Positions 16,513 through 25,268 of a DNA stretch of 36,127 nt are shown piece after piece. Source of the stretch: a virus (lineage: Duplodnaviria > Caudoviricetes); the IMG/VR virus record IMGVR_UViG_3300048882_000035, positions 1 to 36,127 of that record; one strand, written 5' to 3'. The notes under the pieces were generated by a model. The model saw nothing but the letters and a program-made list of their open reading frames with translations, was not told the origin of the DNA and did no database searches. The position numbers and the translations under genes are program-made. How positions within the stretch are numbered: the stretch's first letter is position 1; the number at the start of each line of letters is the position of its first letter.

Positions 16513-16920
16513 ATGTCAAATATAACAAAGCGAAACCTACAAATTAATCCAATCAGTTCACAAGAAATGTTAGATGCAGTAAAAAAAGCCGCATCGAAGG
16601 ATAGTCATGAGCCTCTATTTGCAACACACGCTGTAATAAAAGATGGAGAAATCGTAGGCTCTTTTTGTACCATATCTCCAACAGTTTACTGGTGGTTGGA
16701 CTCTAAGAAAACAGATGTTACTGATACTGCAATAGTACTACAAAGTGTTGACACACTAATTAATAACGAGGGTTACACAGGTTATGCAATGCCTGTTCAC
16801 CCTAGTTCTCCCTATCATAAGTTCTTAATAAATAGATCTGAAGATAGTAACCTTTCCGATCAGCTATGTCTTGGAAAGAATAAGGAACCTTGGACAATCT
16901 TTTTGAAAGGAAGTATATAA
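16513..16920 (+). CDS. Putative GNAT-fold acyltransferase-like protein
   Basis: 135 aa; THAVIKDGEIVGSF beta hairpin, VYWWLD strand, helix, GYTGYAMPV strand. Fold inferred by eye. Confidence 0.5.
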   Translation: MSNITKRNLQINPISSQEMLDAVKKAASKDSHEPLFATHAVIKDGEIVGSFCTISPTVYWWLDSKKTDVTDTAIVLQSVDTLINNEGYTGYAMPVHPSSPYHKFLINRSEDSNLSDQLCLGKNKEPWTIFLKGSI

Positions 16921-17336
16921 TGTGCATAGAACAAATTAACAAAGTCCAGCAGAATGTTGCAGCACAAGGTAGACGACAAGCAACGTCTAAAAGTTGGGAC
17001 AGATACAAGGCAAAGAAATGGGATCCACTTAGTAAAGAGATGCAGGAGGGAAATGTGTCCGGAAAACTTGCTAGTGATGCGGATCAATTCTTATCAGAAA
17101 ATGTTCACGATGCAGGTGCAGTTGTAGGAGATGAAGTAGGGCGATGGGGTGGAGCTATTGCGAGTGTGTTTGGTATGGGGAAAGACGAACAACAACAACA
17201 AAGTACTAGTGATTCAATATCTGCAAACTACTCTAAGAGTTCATCTGAGAAGTCTAGCCAATCAAATAAGAAGTCTAAAAAAGATTCAAAAGGTGGAACA
17301 GGCGGTAGTAAACGACAGTTCAATGTTAATGCGTAG
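16920..17336 (+). CDS. Met-Cys-initiated low-complexity virion/ejection protein candidate
   Basis: TAATG coupling gives the start MCIEQ at 16920; Gly-rich hydrophobic patch WGGAIASVFGMG; S/K tail ending GGSKRQFNV. Confidence 0.65.
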   Translation: MCIEQINKVQQNVAAQGRRQATSKSWDRYKAKKWDPLSKEMQEGNVSGKLASDADQFLSENVHDAGAVVGDEVGRWGGAIASVFGMGKDEQQQQSTSDSISANYSKSSSEKSSQSNKKSKKDSKGGTGGSKRQFNVNA

Positions 17337-17356
17337 AGACTAAAAAAGGGGAGGGT

Positions 17357-17830
17357 ATGTTAAAACAAGTAACTCAAAAAAAGATTAAAGAGAACTGGAA
17401 AAAATATAAATCACATATTGAAACAGCAATGACTTCTACGGAAGGTGGAAATATTATTTTCAGTAATAGTAATTCAGATATTTATAAGGATATTTTTGGT
17501 AGATTGATGAATCCCTTTAATCAAAGTATGCACCTTTGGAGCGAAGGGGATGAGGATTATATTGTATTAACTCAGTTACAAATTTGTGAGTTTACAGAAA
17601 AACAGACTCTAGTACTTCTCTCTTCTACTCGTACTAGAGAGGTAGACAAAGACCTCTTAGATGAAAGATATTATGAGGCCTACAAATCTATCTCAAAATT
17701 TGCAAGAGATAATAATTGTGTAGGAATGTATTGTTATAGTGATTTAGATTACTTTGCAGAGACAGCGAAGAAAACAAAAGAATGGACTAATGTTATTACT
17801 CGTTACCAATTCTATTTTCCCTTAGATTAA
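17357..17830 (+). CDS. Putative GNAT-fold acyltransferase-like protein
   Basis: 157 aa; W..YKSHIE.AM, MHLW, IVLTQL, FARDNNCVGM pattern resembling GNAT-like phage proteins found next to ejection genes. Inferred. Confidence 0.55.
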   Translation: MLKQVTQKKIKENWKKYKSHIETAMTSTEGGNIIFSNSNSDIYKDIFGRLMNPFNQSMHLWSEGDEDYIVLTQLQICEFTEKQTLVLLSSTRTREVDKDLLDERYYEAYKSISKFARDNNCVGMYCYSDLDYFAETAKKTKEWTNVITRYQFYFPLD

Positions 17831-17831
17831 A

Positions 17832-18956
17832 ATGAAAATATATACAGAGATAAATTATAAGTGGCTAGATGGTCAACTAGTAGAAACCAGTTCTAAGTCT
17901 TTTGATTATGATGGTGATCTTACCCTCTGTGGGCCGGGAGGAGGTGGCGGTGGAGGAACAGTTACTAAAGTAGTAAAGAAAGCTGCGTCAACTACAAAGA
18001 AAGCGGTAAAGAAAGTCGCAAAGAAGGTTGAGACAGTAAAAAAGAAGGTTGTAAAGAAGGTTGCCGCAGTAAAACCTAAGATAAAAATACCAGTTGCTAA
18101 ACCTATTTCAATGCCTAAAATAAAAATACCTACTATTACAGTTAAGCCTCCCAAAATAGACATACCCAAAATTAATATTAAACCTCCAAAGATAGACGTA
18201 CCAGTTATCAGCTTAAAACCTCCTACAATAGATAAGATAAAATCAACCTCTACGGATATCAAAGGTAAGATAATGTCGACCACTACTGATGCTAAGAAGG
18301 GGCTGATGACAACCACTAGTGATGCTAAAGATAAGTTAATGACAACCACTACTGGTGCTAAGAAGGGACTTATGACAGCCACTACTGGTGCTAAAGATAC
18401 TCTTATGGGAGCTACTACTGTTGCTAAGAAGGGTCTTATGACTACCACCACTAATCTTAAAAAAGATTTACATAAAGCTACAGATAAATTATCAGGTAAT
18501 ATTAAAGTTGTGACTGATAAAATACCTGATCTTAAAATTGGTGGGACTACTGGAGACTTGTTAAAGAAAGGAAAGAAGGGTCTTCATGATATGACTTCCA
18601 CAGCAAAGAAGAACCTACACGGAGTAACAACCTCAGGTAAAACAGGTCTACACACAGCAACAGATGCTGGTAAAGTTGCTCTCCACACAGGAGCAGATAT
18701 GGCTAAGAAGAACTGGGTAGGTATTATGGATGCTGCAAAAACAAACTGGACAAGTATTATGGATGCAGGTCAAGCATGGAAGGGTGAAAAACCGAGTTCT
18801 GCCACCTCGTCTACAGGAGCAACTCAGCAAGCTATGGGGTCTGATCTAGCTATGAATGAAAAAGGGTCAGGTAAATTCACAAAAGGTCGATTAGCTATAA
18901 AGAAAAGGAAAGGTGGAAATACAGGTAAGAGAGGATTTAAAATTAGAGTCTCATGA
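17832..18956 (+). CDS. Expanded gp7.3-like Lys/Thr-rich repeat protein
   Basis: KKAVKKV segment as in T7 gp7.3, directly upstream of the portal; poly-Gly, PKIKIP repeats and 11-aa repeats. Confidence 0.7.
   Translation: MKIYTEINYKWLDGQLVETSSKSFDYDGDLTLCGPGGGGGGGTVTKVVKKAASTTKKAVKKVAKKVETVKKKVVKKVAAVKPKIKIPVAKPISMPKIKIPTITVKPPKIDIPKINIKPPKIDVPVISLKPPTIDKIKSTSTDIKGKIMSTTTDAKKGLMTTTSDAKDKLMTTTTGAKKGLMTATTGAKDTLMGATTVAKKGLMTTTTNLKKDLHKATDKLSGNIKVVTDKIPDLKIGGTTGDLLKKGKKGLHDMTSTAKKNLHGVTTSGKTGLHTATDAGKVALHTGADMAKKNWVGIMDAAKTNWTSIMDAGQAWKGEKPSSATSSTGATQQAMGSDLAMNEKGSGKFTKGRLAIKKRKGGNTGKRGFKIRVS
18273..18470 (+). repeat. 6 x 33-bp coding tandem repeat (11 aa)
   Basis: ATG at 18273, 18306, 18339, 18372, 18405, 18438; consensus MTTTTxAKKGL. 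Confidence 0.9.
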
Positions 18957-20614
18957 AACAGTATCTAGAAGAAAAATTACCCGTAGGTCAACTCGCTAGT
19001 TTATATGAGCGATCTTTTGGGGAGCGTGAAACTTACCTCAACAGAGGTAGAGAGTGTGCTAAACTAACTATACCACACCTATTACCAGATTCAGGTTCAA
19101 ACTTTTCTACAGTTTATAAGACTCCCTTTCAAAGCATAGGTTCCAGAGGTGTTAATCACTTAGCTAGTAAACTATTACTTACCTTACTTCCACCTAACTC
19201 CCCCTTCTTTAGACTTACTATTGATGACTTCGACTTACAAGCGTTGGCAGGAGATAAAGATCAACGTGGTGCAGTAGAAGAAGGATTCTCACGGATTGAG
19301 AGATCCGCAATGAACGAAATAGAGACTAGTGCATATAGAGTTCCTGTATTTGAAGCATTAAAACATTTGATTGCCGTTGGTAATTGTTTGCTCTACCTTC
19401 CAGAAGAAGAAGGAGGGATGAGGGTCTTCCACTTGGATAGATACATAGTTAAGCGTGACCCAATGGGTAACCTCCTGTATCTAATAACCAAAGAAACCCT
19501 GAGTTCACATACAATACCTCCAGATGCAAGATTAGCTCTGGGGCTTCCCTCACCAGAGGAGTTAACCCCTGAAACTCCCGATAAGCCCTATGAGCTATAC
19601 ACCTACGTTTGTAATAAAGAAAAGTACTGGCATGTACATCAGGAAATAGGAACAACACCTATCCCTGAGTCCTATGGTAAATACAAGATTGACAAGAACC
19701 CCTTCATTGCACTACGATTTAGTAGGGTAGATGGAGAATCATACGGACGAGGACTCGTTGAAGAATACTTAGGCGACCTTCGTTCTCTTGAAGCCTTGAC
19801 ACAGGCTATTGTAGAGGGATCTGCGGCTGCGGCTAAAGTCCTATTCTTAGTTAGACCTAATGGTACTACAAGAATAAAAACAATAGCAGAGGCTCCTAAT
19901 GGAGCAATAGTACAAGGTGATGAAAATGATGTTTCTACGTTACAGCTTAATAAGTTTAACGACTTTAGAGTTGCACTAGATACTATGGGTGCTATTAAAG
20001 ATAGGTTAGCTGCGGCTTTCCTACTTAATTCATCAGTACAAAGAAATGCTGAAAGAGTCACGGCAGAAGAAGTGCGTTTCATGGCACAAGAACTAGAGAG
20101 TGCTCTAGGTGGTGTCTATTCTGTGCTCTCCCAAGAATTTCAACTCCCCCTTATTAACCTCATACTACAGAAACTAATTAAAGACAAGAAGATGCCCAAC
20201 TTTCCAAAGGGAAAAGTTAAGCCTCAAGTTGTAACTGGATTAGAAGCTTTAGGTAGAGGTCAAGACCTAACTAAGTTGGCACAGTTCTTAGAATACCTAG
20301 CTCCACTTGGGCCAGAAGTAATTGCTCAAAAACTCAATGTGGATGATTACATGGATAGACTAGGTGCTTCACTTGGTATAGACACAGGAGGACTAATAAA
20401 ATCTGAAGAACAAATTCAACAGGAACAAGCCGAAGCACTAGAAGCACAAAAAGCTCAAATGCAAGAGGCTCAACAAGCTCAGATGATGAGTGACGTTGTT
20501 AAAGGAGCAGTCCCACAAGTTGCCAAAGGAATGGGCGAGGGTATGAAGGACAATCCTGAAATGGCTGAGATTATACAGCAAGCAATGGCTCAACGAATGA
20601 GTGGAAACGCATAG
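18953..20614 (+). CDS. Portal / head-tail connector (gp8-like)
   Basis: QSIGSRGVNHLASKLLLTLLPPNSPFF, GESYGRGLVEEYLGD, RNAERVTAEEVR. Confidence 0.97.
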   Translation: MKQYLEEKLPVGQLASLYERSFGERETYLNRGRECAKLTIPHLLPDSGSNFSTVYKTPFQSIGSRGVNHLASKLLLTLLPPNSPFFRLTIDDFDLQALAGDKDQRGAVEEGFSRIERSAMNEIETSAYRVPVFEALKHLIAVGNCLLYLPEEEGGMRVFHLDRYIVKRDPMGNLLYLITKETLSSHTIPPDARLALGLPSPEELTPETPDKPYELYTYVCNKEKYWHVHQEIGTTPIPESYGKYKIDKNPFIALRFSRVDGESYGRGLVEEYLGDLRSLEALTQAIVEGSAAAAKVLFLVRPNGTTRIKTIAEAPNGAIVQGDENDVSTLQLNKFNDFRVALDTMGAIKDRLAAAFLLNSSVQRNAERVTAEEVRFMAQELESALGGVYSVLSQEFQLPLINLILQKLIKDKKMPNFPKGKVKPQVVTGLEALGRGQDLTKLAQFLEYLAPLGPEVIAQKLNVDDYMDRLGASLGIDTGGLIKSEEQIQQEQAEALEAQKAQMQEAQQAQMMSDVVKGAVPQVAKGMGEGMKDNPEMAEIIQQAMAQRMSGNA

Positions 20615-20632
20615 ATACACACGAAAGGGAAT

Positions 20633-21469
20633 ATGACAGAAGAAGTAAGTACATATCAAGGAGAAGGGGTTAATCAAGCTGGCTCTCCTGAACATATACA
20701 TGAAATGTTAGCAAAGGTGGAAACACCTATTGAAGTTAGTGATGGAGGACTCTCAGAGGAAGCTCCAACCGCAGGAATACAAGACAGACCAGAGTGGCTT
20801 CCAGAGAAATTTGGTTCACCTGAAGAACTTGCACAGGCATACCAAAGTTTAGAACATAAGTTCCATGGTAATGAGGAAGAGCAGTCCCAACAGGAAGAAG
20901 CACGTAGGTTTCAAGAAGAAGACGTACCAGCAATCGAAGGTACATCTGCTTCAATGGTACACCAAGTACTAGATGAAAGAGGGCTAGACTTTGCTGTGTT
21001 TCAAGAGGAGTATGCTCAAACTGGTAAAATATCAGAAGATGGGTACAACGCTCTTGAGGAAGCTGGTATTGGAAGAGAAATAGTTGATACATGGCTTTCA
21101 GGACAAGATGCAAGAGCAGAGCAGAATCTACAAGGATTATACAATATAACTGGAGGAGATGCAAGCTATAATCAAATGTTAGAGTGGGCTGAACAAAATC
21201 TCCAACCATCAGAAACAGAAGCATTTAATAAACAGGTAGATAATTTAGACGCTACATCCCAATTAGCTGTAGCAGGATTATACGCTCGTTATCAACAATC
21301 TGAAGGTGCAATGCCTTCGCTAATGTCTGGTGATACTAATGTGTCTATTGAGCCACGTTATGAATCACTAGCACAAGTTACTTCGGCAATGAGTGATCCG
21401 AGGTATGAAACCGACCCTGCTTATAGAGCACAGGTCGCAGGACGGCTGAACAATTCTTCCGTTCTTTAA
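20633..21469 (+). CDS. Capsid scaffolding protein (gp9-like)
   Basis: DRPEWLPEKF..PEELAQAYQSLE, GGDASYNQMLEWA, AMSDPRY..DPAYR. Confidence 0.93.
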   Translation: MTEEVSTYQGEGVNQAGSPEHIHEMLAKVETPIEVSDGGLSEEAPTAGIQDRPEWLPEKFGSPEELAQAYQSLEHKFHGNEEEQSQQEEARRFQEEDVPAIEGTSASMVHQVLDERGLDFAVFQEEYAQTGKISEDGYNALEEAGIGREIVDTWLSGQDARAEQNLQGLYNITGGDASYNQMLEWAEQNLQPSETEAFNKQVDNLDATSQLAVAGLYARYQQSEGAMPSLMSGDTNVSIEPRYESLAQVTSAMSDPRYETDPAYRAQVAGRLNNSSVL

Positions 21470-21595
21470 CAAAGAATCAATGGTAAAATCAAACAGTAAG
21501 AACTTTGCCCCATGCGTGGGATAACTCTGTGCTGACCTTTGTGAGACTACGATTTCTGAGTTACTAACAATAACCCTTAATCAAGGAAAAACAAT

Positions 21596-22846
21596 ATGGC
21601 TACTGATTATAGTGCTATACATAGGTCTGGAATTAATAATGCGGGTGCAGATGCACGTGCGTTATTTCTAAAGTTATATGCAGGAGAAGTGCTTACAGCT
21701 TTCCAGTCCAGAAACATAATGATGCCTTTGCATCGTGTCCGCACGATTTCTAAAGGTAAATCGGCTCAATTTCCGATGACTGGTAAGTATCGTGATGCGG
21801 CTTATCATACACCGGGTAAAGAGATTGTACCTACAGCTTCTAAGCAAGGTGAACGTATTGTCTCAGTTGATGACCTCTTAGTTAATGCTCAATTTATTCC
21901 GAACATTGACGAAGCAATGTCACACTACGACATACGTTCTGTCTATACTCAAGAAGCAGGATTTGGACTCGGTAAAGTTGCCGACCAAAACATCATCCGT
22001 CTTGCCATTAAAGCGGCTCTTTGTGAAGCTGCTGGTATGTGTGGTCTAGGAACAGGAATGATCCAAGACTATTCTACTTTTGATGATGAGGATTTCTCTG
22101 GTAACGTAGTTGTAGGTGGAGATGAGACTACCACATCAACGATTGCTGGTAGTATCCGTGATCCTAAAAAGATTGCACAATCATTAATGGATGCCAAGCG
22201 TATTCTTACTAATAAGAATGTTCCGGGCGATCCATTCGTAGTTATGTCAAATGACATGTACTATGATATGTTTAAGATTTCAGGCTCAAGTAACCTGAAT
22301 GACTTAGCAATCTTCAATCGTGACCTTGGTGGATCAGGAAGTGTTGCAACAGGACAAGTACCTACAATCTTAGGTATGCCTGTATATGTAACTAATCACT
22401 TAGGTTCTTTCACTAATACAGAAGGAACTACGTGGACTTCTGACTTGTGGACTGGTGCTGCCGGTGCTGCCGCAGTTCATGAAACATCAATCAATCCAGA
22501 TTGGGGCGATCACCAACCTCTAACTGCCGCAGTTGGTTCAGGAAGAACTAACCAGTACGATGTACCAAACACATCTACTGCTTTGTGGACTACTCATGTG
22601 ACAAATACTGGTTCAGTAGCTTCTAGTGCTGTGGCTCGTCATACTGCCCTTCTTTCCGATGTGGCACAGCGAGTACGTGCAATAGTAATGACTAAAGATG
22701 CGGTTGCTACTGTAAAACTAATGGATCTTTCGGTTGAATCTGAGTATCAGATCAATCGCCAAGGTACATTAATGGTGTCTAAGTACGCAATGGGACATAA
22801 CGTGTTACGTCCTGCGTGTGCTGTAGCTTTGCTTCAAGGTTTATAG
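21596..22846 (+). CDS. Major capsid protein (gp10-like)
   Basis: ALFLKLYAGEVLTAF, RTISKGKSAQFP, HYDIRSVY, KYAMGHNVLRP. Confidence 0.97.
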   Translation: MATDYSAIHRSGINNAGADARALFLKLYAGEVLTAFQSRNIMMPLHRVRTISKGKSAQFPMTGKYRDAAYHTPGKEIVPTASKQGERIVSVDDLLVNAQFIPNIDEAMSHYDIRSVYTQEAGFGLGKVADQNIIRLAIKAALCEAAGMCGLGTGMIQDYSTFDDEDFSGNVVVGGDETTTSTIAGSIRDPKKIAQSLMDAKRILTNKNVPGDPFVVMSNDMYYDMFKISGSSNLNDLAIFNRDLGGSGSVATGQVPTILGMPVYVTNHLGSFTNTEGTTWTSDLWTGAAGAAAVHETSINPDWGDHQPLTAAVGSGRTNQYDVPNTSTALWTTHVTNTGSVASSAVARHTALLSDVAQRVRAIVMTKDAVATVKLMDLSVESEYQINRQGTLMVSKYAMGHNVLRPACAVALLQGL

Positions 22847-22862
22847 AAGCAAGGTAACTCTT

Positions 22863-22899
22863 AGGGAGTATCCTTTAACTTGGGTACTCCCTTTTTTTT
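22863..22899 (+). terminator. Intrinsic terminator after the capsid gene (T-phi equivalent)
   Basis: GGGAGTATCC-8 nt loop-GGGTACTCCC followed by T8. Confidence 0.9.
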
Positions 22900-22911
22900 A
22901 CAAGGAAACTA

Positions 22912-24636
22912 ATGGCTGAAAAATATACTGTAGGTGGAAATAGGTATGATGAAGGTGGAGCTTTAGTAATGCAACCTGATCCAGCAAAAGGATTAGATCG
23001 TGAAACAAACTATCTTACTCAAGGATTCTCCGACATTTATCAGGAAACCAACGAGATGAAAAGTGAGTTAGCTAGGAAAGACTATAATAAGAAGGTTGTC
23101 AAGAGACAAGGGTACTTTAAATCAAACAAAGGTTTATCAAAAGAAGCTAGTGCTGTACTAAGACTTGTTAAAAGGAACCGAGCAGGACTCCCCTTTGCAC
23201 TACTATCTTCAGAAATAGCAAACAGGGGAGAAAAAGAAATGGTTAGTGCTGTTAAAAATCAAGAGCAGTTAAGCGTTCAGGCAAAAGAAAACCTATACGA
23301 GAATGCTGAGTCAGCCTTTAATGGTATGACTAAAGAAGAAAGGGTACTAAAACAAGACACTTTTATGCAAGATGTAGGTAAGATTAGATCAAGTTTACTT
23401 GAGGAAATTATTGCACATAGAAATGTGATAGATGAGATCACTGGAGAAAAAGGCGAGTTCCATGCTGACTTTTATGACCTCTTATACCATCCAGAAACAG
23501 GTGTGTATATGAAACCTGAAGACCAGAGGACAGAGTTTGAAAAGAACTTTATACTAGGATACTCTCAGGATTTAGTGAAGTTAGGAAAACAGGATGATGT
23601 TAAGTTAGCAAAAGAACTAATAATGAAGAGTGAGCAGTTTGTTAACTGGTGGAACATGGGTCGCCAAGCTTCTGCTATAAGTATGGAAAGAGATGGAGCT
23701 ATTATTCCAAGGCTCATACACCACGGAACTCTAGGCAGTGTCTCCCCACTTATTGGCTTTTGGGACAGACACATGGGAATGGATGTAGATGTGTTATCTG
23801 GTATGAGAGAAATAGAAAAGGAGGTAGAGAAGGGATCACACTTTGGTACTCTAAATCAAGCTATAGAAAGAGTATTAGACAAACAAGGTGATGGTTCTCT
23901 ACAACAATATGGTAGATCAAAATGGGACAAATTACAGAATGTGATATACTCTCCTAAAGGAGGTACAAAGGAAGCAAAGTTTTACTCAGGATTCATTAAA
24001 ATGAATAACCCTCTTAGAACTAAAGACTTAGGAGGTTTTGATATGGACACACTTCTAAAGTTCTTGTCTGGGACAAATTTTAATAAAGACGTTAATCTTC
24101 TCTACTACGAAAAAGATAAAAAGTCCTTAATGCCTGACTTTACCTATTCAATTTTATCACCTACTGATCCAGACTTCACTAAAAGTATTGATAGTCTTGA
24201 AGACTTCCAGAATGATGGTACACAGTTCCCTTTACTAGTGGATCACTTTGGTCAAGGTACTGCACTAGAACAAGTGTTAAATCATGCAAGAGACCTTTAT
24301 GAAGAAGATATGAACAAGGTGGGATACCCTATAGATGACTGGAACCAAGAGTGGGATAGTATGTCTTCAGGAGAAAAGGCAGCAATACACTATTATAAAA
24401 TGCATGGACTCATCAAGTTTATAAATGAAGACTTAGGTTATGACGGAATAATATATGAGAATACTAATGAAGATGCTCGTATAAATGACAAAGACGAAAT
24501 TAAAGGTGATGATTCATACATACTTTTCCACCCATGGCAGTTTAAGTCTATGTATAACAATGGAGATTTCAAATGGGGCAGACGTAATTACTTAGGTAAA
24601 ACTAATGGTAAAAATAAATACAAAAAGGTAGCATGA
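22912..24636 (+). CDS. Protein with C-terminal ART-PolyVal-like ADP-ribosyltransferase domain
   Basis: IHHGT...GSHFGT..QA...GFIKMNNPL...GYDGIIYEN...DSYILFHPWQFKSMYNNGDF follows the motif order of ART-PolyVal. Confidence 0.72.
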   Translation: MAEKYTVGGNRYDEGGALVMQPDPAKGLDRETNYLTQGFSDIYQETNEMKSELARKDYNKKVVKRQGYFKSNKGLSKEASAVLRLVKRNRAGLPFALLSSEIANRGEKEMVSAVKNQEQLSVQAKENLYENAESAFNGMTKEERVLKQDTFMQDVGKIRSSLLEEIIAHRNVIDEITGEKGEFHADFYDLLYHPETGVYMKPEDQRTEFEKNFILGYSQDLVKLGKQDDVKLAKELIMKSEQFVNWWNMGRQASAISMERDGAIIPRLIHHGTLGSVSPLIGFWDRHMGMDVDVLSGMREIEKEVEKGSHFGTLNQAIERVLDKQGDGSLQQYGRSKWDKLQNVIYSPKGGTKEAKFYSGFIKMNNPLRTKDLGGFDMDTLLKFLSGTNFNKDVNLLYYEKDKKSLMPDFTYSILSPTDPDFTKSIDSLEDFQNDGTQFPLLVDHFGQGTALEQVLNHARDLYEEDMNKVGYPIDDWNQEWDSMSSGEKAAIHYYKMHGLIKFINEDLGYDGIIYENTNEDARINDKDEIKGDDSYILFHPWQFKSMYNNGDFKWGRRNYLGKTNGKNKYKKVA

Positions 24637-25268
24637 CACAAAGAGCATTACAGCACATGTCGGATATTCAGGCGGTCAACATGATGTTAACCACTATTGG
24701 AGAGCAACCAATTAAGAACCTGAATGATAATGCGGGATTACAGGATGCTTCTATTGCTCAAGACATCTTACACAGCACCTCAAGACAAGTACAATCAAAG
24801 GGATGGATATTCAATACTGATTTACAAGTCACCAAAATACCTAATGGTAAAGGTAAATTTGTGGTAGAACCTAATATACTCCGAGTAGATTCAACTTCTA
24901 AGAAACGCTCTACTACAGAGGATATAGTAGAACGAGCAGGATTTCTTTATGACAGAGAAAATAACACAGATGTATTTGCCACTGATGCAACAGTTGTTGT
25001 AGATGAAGTAACATTTCTACCTTTTAATAGTTTACCTGAAGTAGCTAGAAGGTACATTGCCGTTAAATCTGCACGTATCTTCCACGATAGAATTGTGGGG
25101 TCAGGTGAGTTACATAGGTTCTTTCAAGAGGATGAGTTAACGGCATGGGCAGAGTTACTAGAATACCAATCAGAAGTAGGAGACTTTAATATCTTTGATG
25201 ACTATGATACCTTTAGAGTAGTAGATAGGAACCAAGATGCTAACCAACAATATGCGTGGAGAAAATAA
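24633..25268 (+). CDS. Tail tubular protein A (gp11-like)
   Basis: AVNMMLTTIGEQP, VQSKGWIFN, LPFNSLPEVARRYI...ARIF. Confidence 0.95.
   Translation: MTQRALQHMSDIQAVNMMLTTIGEQPIKNLNDNAGLQDASIAQDILHSTSRQVQSKGWIFNTDLQVTKIPNGKGKFVVEPNILRVDSTSKKRSTTEDIVERAGFLYDRENNTDVFATDATVVVDEVTFLPFNSLPEVARRYIAVKSARIFHDRIVGSGELHRFFQEDELTAWAELLEYQSEVGDFNIFDDYDTFRVVDRNQDANQQYAWRK

Noticed and set aside
17906-18451. Hydrophobic 181-aa minus-strand ORF
   Set aside because: Antisense shadow of the Lys/Thr-rich repeat gene (AAA reads as Phe, ACN as Val).
22825-22860. T7 10B-style -1 frameshift at the capsid end
   Set aside because: No canonical slippery heptamer, and the shifted frame I checked stops within a few codons. 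A hairpin TTGCTTC/GAAGCAA spans the stop, but its role is unclear.
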